A stretch of DNA of 64,000 bases from the human T2T-CHM13v2.0 reference genome, Homo sapiens: assembly GCF_009914755.1 (NCBI RefSeq), contig NC_060947.1; one strand, 5' to 3'. A program made the position numbers and the translations under genes. A model generated the notes under the pieces. That model made no database searches, had not been told where the DNA came from, and worked only from the letters and a program-made list of their open reading frames with translations. Shown piece by piece: positions 57,395 to 64,000 of the stretch (within the stretch, counting starts at the first letter, position 1; every line of letters starts with the position of its first letter).

Positions 57395-58830
57395 ATGTTT
57401 AGTGAATATTTGTTGAGTGTCTACCATATGTCAGACTAAATTCTAGGAACTTTATAAGAAAAAATAAACTTTCTGCTCCTGAAGTGCTTACATCTGGAGG
57501 GTATACACTGACAATAAACAAATAGACAAATACTAATAAATTTATAGTCTCTCCAGCAGTAATCTGTGTTTTGAAGAAAAATCAAGAGCATGCAGAATGA
57601 AGAGTGTTAGGTTGAGGTTTTTTATATAGGGAGGCTGGGAAGGCCTCTCCAATAGCGTAACATTTGAGTGGAACTGGAAGAAAATGAGGTACTGAGCAAT
57701 ACCATTTTCTCAGCCAAGAGCAAGATCCTTGAGCCAGGAGGATGCTTTGCAGGTTCAATGACATATAAAGAGATGCTTGTGGAGATAAGCCTTGCAAACG
57801 AGGGGAAGACTGCTGGTAGCAAGGTCAGAGAAGTACATTGGGCTGGTCATTAGGGCCATGCATAGGGATTTGTCTTTTACCCTGAGTATGAAGGGAAGCT
57901 TCGGGAGGCAGTGTATCTGATAGTTTAAAAGTATCACCCGGTTTGCTACATGGAAATTAGACTATAGGCAGCAAGGGTGGAAGCAGAGAGAATGGGAGTC
58001 CAGGCAACTTGTGATGGCATCTTAAATGTCAGTTGCCACAGCAGAGGTGCCGAGAAGTCACCAAACAGTGGATATACATCTTTAGAAGTGCCAATAGGAT
58101 TTTCTCATGGGTTGGATGTGAGATATAGGGTATGAATCTGGTGTTCTGACAAGGGGTCCAGGCTGAAGATAGAAATTTTAGAAAGGTCAGTGGGTGGAAG
58201 GTAACTCAATCCAGGAAGCTTGATGAGCTCACCTAAGGAAGAGGGCTGGGCCCAGGGCACCCCAGTGTTTTGAGGTAGAGAAAATGAGACTGAGAGAGAT
58301 TCACCCATGAGGGGGAAGAGAAGCAGGAGAGGAGTTCCCCAAGTTTATGAAGAAAGTGTTTTGAGGAGCAGGGAGAGATTAGCATATCAAATATGCAAAT
58401 GAGATGACAAAGATGGGCTGGATCATGGGAATTGACTTCATGGGAGTCACTGGTGACCTTGTATGAGTAGTCTGGTGGAATGATGGAGAAAAAACGACCT
58501 GATGGCAGTAGGTCCAAAGAGAAATAGTAGACAGGAAGAGGAGTCAGTGAATGTGGGTAAACCTTTCTAAAGACAAACAAAGAAATGAGCAGGAGCTAGT
58601 GGGGAATGTGGGACCAAAGAAAGGCTTTTGAATTTTTTATATCTGTGATATTACAGAGTATTGAATGCAGCTAGCAATGATCACATAGAGAGGGGGAAAT
58701 TGAGGATGCATAGATGAGAGACAGTTGCTAAAGTCGTGAGCTTGAGTGGCCAAGAGGAGGGGTGGGTCCAGCAGGCAGGTGGAAAGCTGGATCTTGTAAG
58801 TAGTGAATGGACAGCTCACATGCATTCACA
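57395..58830 (-). mobile_element. L2a-like LINE, about 1.4 kb of the 3' portion
   Basis: AATATTTGTTGAGTGTCTACCATATGTCAGAC (L2 3' end, reversed) followed by a purine-rich L2 body. Confidence 0.85.
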
Positions 58831-59734
58831 ACAATTTACAGGGATATATATGTTTTAATAGAGAATTTTTTTCCCACTTCTTGATGTGAGAGGTGTTTCA
58901 AGAAATGTGATTTTGATCCAAAAATTTAAAAAAATAGAAATTTCTGGGTAATTTCATGGTTTAGCAGGAACAAGACGACAGAATATTTTTTAAAGTCTGG
59001 GCTTTCATAGAAAACCCACATATATAGGCAACTATCCAATTGAGTGGTAGTTATTATATCTGGTTTGTTTAACTCATTTGTTAGAATGTTATGCTGAGGC
59101 CATTGTTCAAATCTCTAGCCTAATGTCATTCTGTCGCCTCTAAACAGATAAATAGTTGCTCTACAACTGTGGACCACACCACTAAAGTGAACCATATAAA
59201 TAAAGGCCAGGGTGCATGAGCCGCATGGTGCTAATTTATTGCAGAGCCCTCGTCACTACTGGGGAAAAAAAATAGTTCCAATGACTGTGTGTCAGCATCA
59301 TCTCATATAAAAGATGGCCCTTTGGGACAAAAGTCTATATGTATTATGGAACTGATATTGTCCATGTGATGAACCAGTCTTTTCAAAGATGAGCTCCAAT
59401 TGAACTAAATCATTTAAAGCGCAAGCCTTCAAGCTTCCTGGACATTTGCATTGCAAACCACTGGTTTCATCACAGCGATTTGGTGGCTGGTTTTGTCATT
59501 AAGATCTTTCAGGGGAGTGTGCCCTTTGAACTTATCTTGAAGAGTCAACTTTTTGTCTTAGAAAATTATTTCACAGGATTTATGAGAGACTGGCTAAATA
59601 ATCCACACGTTGCAGATGACAATAATAAGATGGTTGAGTTACTTGCCCAGAGCCCATAAATAGCGCCAATAGAATGGGTCTCTGAGTATTGATCAGACTT
59701 GGTCAAGATGTTCCTTTGGGGTGGTAAACAGGCT

Positions 59735-59870
59735 TCCCTTTCCCCTTCCTCCTCCTGGCTTCGTCATTCCTAGCTTGCCACCCTCCCCATACAGCTCTTT
59801 CTCCTCCTTCCTTCTTCCTCCTATATGTCCCTCTTGCACCTTTCCTACCTCCCTCCCTCCTTGCCTATAA
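59735..59870. repeat. CT-rich low-complexity tract
   Basis: Seen directly. Confidence 0.7.
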
Positions 59871-59989
59871 CCCCTTTTTAAATGACAGGAACCATGACAT
59901 ATAACACACATATCAGCGGAAATGGTCTCAATAAGTTGCATGTTACACAAACCAAAGCATCTGATAGAACACCTAATATCTTTGCAGAA

Positions 59990-60215
59990 CTTAACTCTTT
60001 ATAAGGCATTTTATTTTGCAGAAATTCTTCTTTAAAATGTTCAACAATCCTATGAGATAGATGTTTACTCTTATTAGATTACAATTTCATTAATTCAGCC
60101 TCAGAGAGGACAAGGAAACAAGGAGCTTACTCAGAGTTGCAAGCACAGAAAGCAAGTTGTAATGCTGATAATGAAATCCAGGTTGCATGATTCCAAGACT
60201 CTTACACTAATGCTG
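59990..60215 (-). mobile_element. MIR fragment
   Basis: CAACAATCCTATGAGATAG...AAATCCAGGTTGCATGATTCCAAG. Confidence 0.55.
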
Positions 60216-60549
60216 CATAATCTCTGCTCCCGCTTGTCTCCTTGTTATTGAAGGCAAACAGGCACAATTGTGAGGCTGATATAGCCTGACAAGCCACCCG
60301 TGTCTGCTACTTGCCCTTTCTCTGCTTTTACAGGGTGGTGAAAACTTTCCCTGTGCTCCACTTCCACCCTTACCAGCCAAAGGAAGGACCAGAACTGGCC
60401 AGGCAGGCATGTGACCCAGTAATGAGTGATTATACAAGGAAATGCACTTCCATGAACACTTTCTGGCCCCAGGAAACCTCAAACTTCCCTACGTTTAGAT
60501 AAATGGTCTAAAGTTTACCACGTCTGACATCATTCTCATTGGTATCTAT

Positions 60550-60723
60550 TTTTATTGTATTTTATTAATTTATTTAGAGCCAGGGTCTTGCTCTGTTCCT
60601 CAGGCTGGCATACAGTGGTGCAATCATAGCTCGTTGCAGCCTTGAACTCCTGGGTTCAAGGGATCCTCTCATCTCAGCCCCCTCAGTAGCTGGGACTACA
60701 GGCATGTGCCACCACACCTGGCC
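60550..60723 (-). mobile_element. Alu monomer (FRAM/AluJ right arm)
   Basis: CAGGGTCTTGCTCTGTT...CTCCTGGGTTCAAGGGATCCTC...CCACCACACCTGGCC. Confidence 0.88.
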
Positions 60724-61254
60724 CTTCATTGGTGTTTAATCATGACTCATAGCAATATCACTGTCGACTTATAGCTGGGAACAGCACATTTCTATTTCTT
60801 TTTCAGATGCTGCTGTTGAAAATGAAGCTGTTTTTAATTCATCGTGTCTGGGAAATTCACACTGTTTATTAAGAGAGGAATGATGGGGAGATACCTTACT
60901 CCTCATGCAATATATTGCTACTGAATTTGTTCCCATTTCCATCTCCATTCCAAAATTCATAAAGCATTTGTATCGGGTTACAGCAATTATTTTGTCACCC
61001 GTACTGTATGTTGCTCACTGTAATTAGGTGTATAGTCAAATAACATGGCTTTGTGCACTATGTAATTAATCATGCCCGGTTGTGTGCATTTCCTAGCATC
61101 CAACATTTCAGAGTTGACACTAGCCAAACCTCCTGTCTGATTTCTTTCCCTAAGTATTACATAATTCAAAGGGCATTTGCAGAAAAGGTGGCAGTCAGCT
61201 GAAAATGTGGACAATAGACTTAATAGCTTATTGGAGTGGTTTTGCAATTCTGAA

Positions 61255-62760
61255 ATAATATTTTATTATGAAAATATTTCATACATTTCAAAGATACAGA
61301 GCATGTCACAATAAACATATATATGCCCCGGTTAAACACACTGAGCTTTTTATTTGTTACAAGTATTGCTTTTTAAAGCAATATAATTTATAGATGCAGA
61401 TGAAGGTCCCCATCCCGTTCCACTCTTCTGCAAAAATAACTGGCAACCTGAGGGTGTGTATTTTTTAATTACCTACCTTCTATTATTTATATATATATGT
61501 ATATATATATTCATGCAACATGTACTGTATCACTTAGGGTATTTATCAGAATGTGTATAAGTAGTTTCTTACTGTATCCTTTTGCAACATGCTTTTTCTT
61601 CCTCATTCAACATTGGGTGTTAAAGGTTTATCTAAGTTGATACATGTAGGTCTATTTTTTTAACTATTCTAGTTCATTGTATAAATATACGGCAGTTTAT
61701 TCAGTCATTTCTTAATTAACATTGCTTCCAGTTTCTTTTAATATAAACAAAATTCCAGTGAACACTCTTGCACATCCTCCTTGTACGCATATATGAGAGC
61801 TTCCCTAGGGCCAGAGTTCCCAAACATTTTCTGTAAAGGGCCAAATAGTAAATACATTCAGCTTTTCAGGCTGGAATGGCCTCTGTCACAACTATTGAAC
61901 CCTGCTGTTATAACATGAAAATTACCATAGAAAATACATAAACTAGTGGCCATGGCTGTGTGTCCATGAAACTAGTTGCTGACATTTGAATTTCACATCA
62001 TTTTCCCATCATTATTATTCTTTTGATTATTTTTCTCAGCTGTTTAAAATGTTTGTGTAAAAAAATTCCTACCTCATAAGCCATACAAAACCCGTCAATG
62101 GTCTTGATTTGTCCTATGGCCCATAATTTGCTGACCCTTGTTTTATGGCATATGCCTAGCAGTGGCATTACCATACCAAATGGAATGTGAAACTCCATCT
62201 TAAACTAGATAGAGCCAGATTACTCTCCAAAATGAATGTAATAATGTATCTTTCTCTTCCTGCCCAATCTGATGTGTGTGAAAACATGTCACATTTTTTG
62301 TTTTGCATTTTGTTTTATTTTAGAAAGGGGATCTTGCTAGTTGTCCAGGCTAGCTTTGAACTCCTGGGCTCAAACGATCCTCATGTCTCGATCTTCCTGT
62401 GTCCAGGATTACAGGTGTGTACCTCCATGTCCAACTCTCATTTTTGTTTTAATCGGTATTTTTCTACAAACTAGCACTTTCATCTTTCCATTCATTCAGA
62501 CTTAGTGGAGAATATTCCATATGTTCATTAGCCACTTGCTTTCACTCTTCTATTGATTTACCTATCTGTTTTTTCAAGTTTTCTGCTGGATTGTTTGCTA
62601 AATTTTCTTACTAATTTGTAGGGTTCTTTATAAAATCTGGATACTAATCTTTTTACAAATACAAATATTACATTGTATATGTTTTAGGTTTGTGACGTGT
62701 TTGTTATACAGGAATAATTTATGTCAAAATTCATAATAGGTTGTGCTTTTTGTAAAAGAA
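61255..62760 (-). mobile_element. L1ME-like fragments hosting MER58B and a FLAM-like monomer (about 62295-62435)
   Basis: ACTGTATCCTTTGCAAC...TGAACACTCTTGCACATC...ATATGTTCATTAGCCACTTG. Confidence 0.65.
61812..62140. mobile_element. MER58B (hAT-Charlie)
   Basis: CAAACATTTTCTGTAAAGGGCCAAATAGTAAATA...TAATTTGCTGACCCTTG. Confidence 0.85.
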
Positions 62761-63674
62761 ATTTACAGATTAGATTACTTGCTATAAAAACATTGATACC
62801 TATTTAAAAGATCACCACTACTGCTATAACTCCAACTCCAAAATTGAGAAGGAGCTGACACTCATCTCAGGCAAGCCCGTCTTCTGATTTTTCCCAGGTG
62901 TTTTCCCTCCAGCCCTCATCTCCTTGTGTTGCTCCTTCCGTTCATTCTTCCACCTCTTTCTCTTGTGTGTCTTATTAAATCCTGCTCCTAGGTCCCCACT
63001 TAGATGCAAATGCCTGATACCTGCTTAGAGATTTTTCCAGACAAAGAGATCAGTGTCTTAATCTAAAGAGATAATTGACTGATATAAAATTTGAGGCATC
63101 AGTCAGCAAGATAAGGTAACTTTCTTGGTTCCCTGAAATCAAGCCAGATAGACCTGCTTTACCATTTCAATATAAATGAGATTATTCCTTCAACACAACA
63201 TATTATTGATTCAACATATGGTTTTTATATTCTATTAGGGAAATTTGAGATAATAAGAAAATGTAAGTGTTCCAAAAATGTATTACATGTTTTGCTAGCT
63301 TTTCTCCAGTGACAAGAGATGGAAAATACATTTGCTCTGTGTGGATCTTGCACCATGTCGAGTGACATAAATAAGATAATCTCTTTCATCCTATAATTCT
63401 TAAAACAATGTTCAGAGATATTCTTTCCCAAATGCTTTAAATTATGGTCTTTCAAAAGACAAGTACAGTATTTGTAAAGGGAAGAAGGATTTTGTAGCTT
63501 GTGTGGGAAGAGGGTTGTAATCAATGATAAAAAAGCTGAAGAACCACAATCTTGCAGGCAGCAAAGGGCAATTTACTTGGCTAGATCATGTCTCCAATAG
63601 TTGAGCTCTTATCTAATTGTACTAAAATGCTATAATGCCTGTTATGTTTATTTGGAGTATTACAAATAATTTTA

Positions 63675-63995
63675 GGAGGAGGGAGAAGTGAAAAGGTGGA
63701 GCACAGAGGATTTTTAGGGCAGTGAAACTACTCTATATATTATAATGGTGGATACTTGTCATTATACATTTGTCTAAACCAATCTAATGTACATGGGGTG
63801 AACCCTTATGTAAACTATGGGCTCTGTGTGATAATGTTGTATCGATATAGGTTTATCAGTTGTAACAAATGTACCACTCTGGTGAAGGCTGTTAGTAGTG
63901 GGGGAGGTTATGTGTGTGTGGGGGGTGGTATATAGAAAACCTCTGTACCTTCTGCTCAATTTTTGCTGTAAACCTAAAATGGCTCTTATGAAAAA
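63675..63995 (+). mobile_element. L1MC1-like 3' end
   Basis: GGAGCACAGAGGATTTTTAGGGCAGTGAAAC...TGTAACAAATGTACCACTCTGG...TTTTGCTGTAAACCTAAAA. Confidence 0.9.
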
Positions 63996-64000
63996 AGATG

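Overview
This is AT-rich, CpG-poor primate (probably human) non-coding DNA, intronic or intergenic. It is dominated by interspersed repeats: Alu, L1, L2, MIR, MaLR, ERVL and ERV1 solo LTRs, and hAT/Tigger DNA transposons. I found no protein-coding exon; the supplied ORFs are repeat-derived or chance. I could not name the locus. Repeat family names come from remembered consensus sequences, not a RepeatMasker run, so boundaries and subfamilies are approximate. Two small RNA retrocopies are present: a Y1 RNA pseudogene (43392-43492) and a tailless 5' half of tRNA-Cys between target-site duplications (30545-30576). The most unusual verifiable structure is a three-part templated insertion inside an L1 (48514-48665), assembled from three nearby donors. 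A second, 51-bp inverted copy links 18535-18585 to 21431-21481. Four same-strand MER34/MER39-group LTRs cluster within 8 kb. A candidate promoter and non-coding first exon lies at about 53.8-54.15 kb. I see no evidence of a new gene system; the best leads are these DNA-repair and retroposition fossils.
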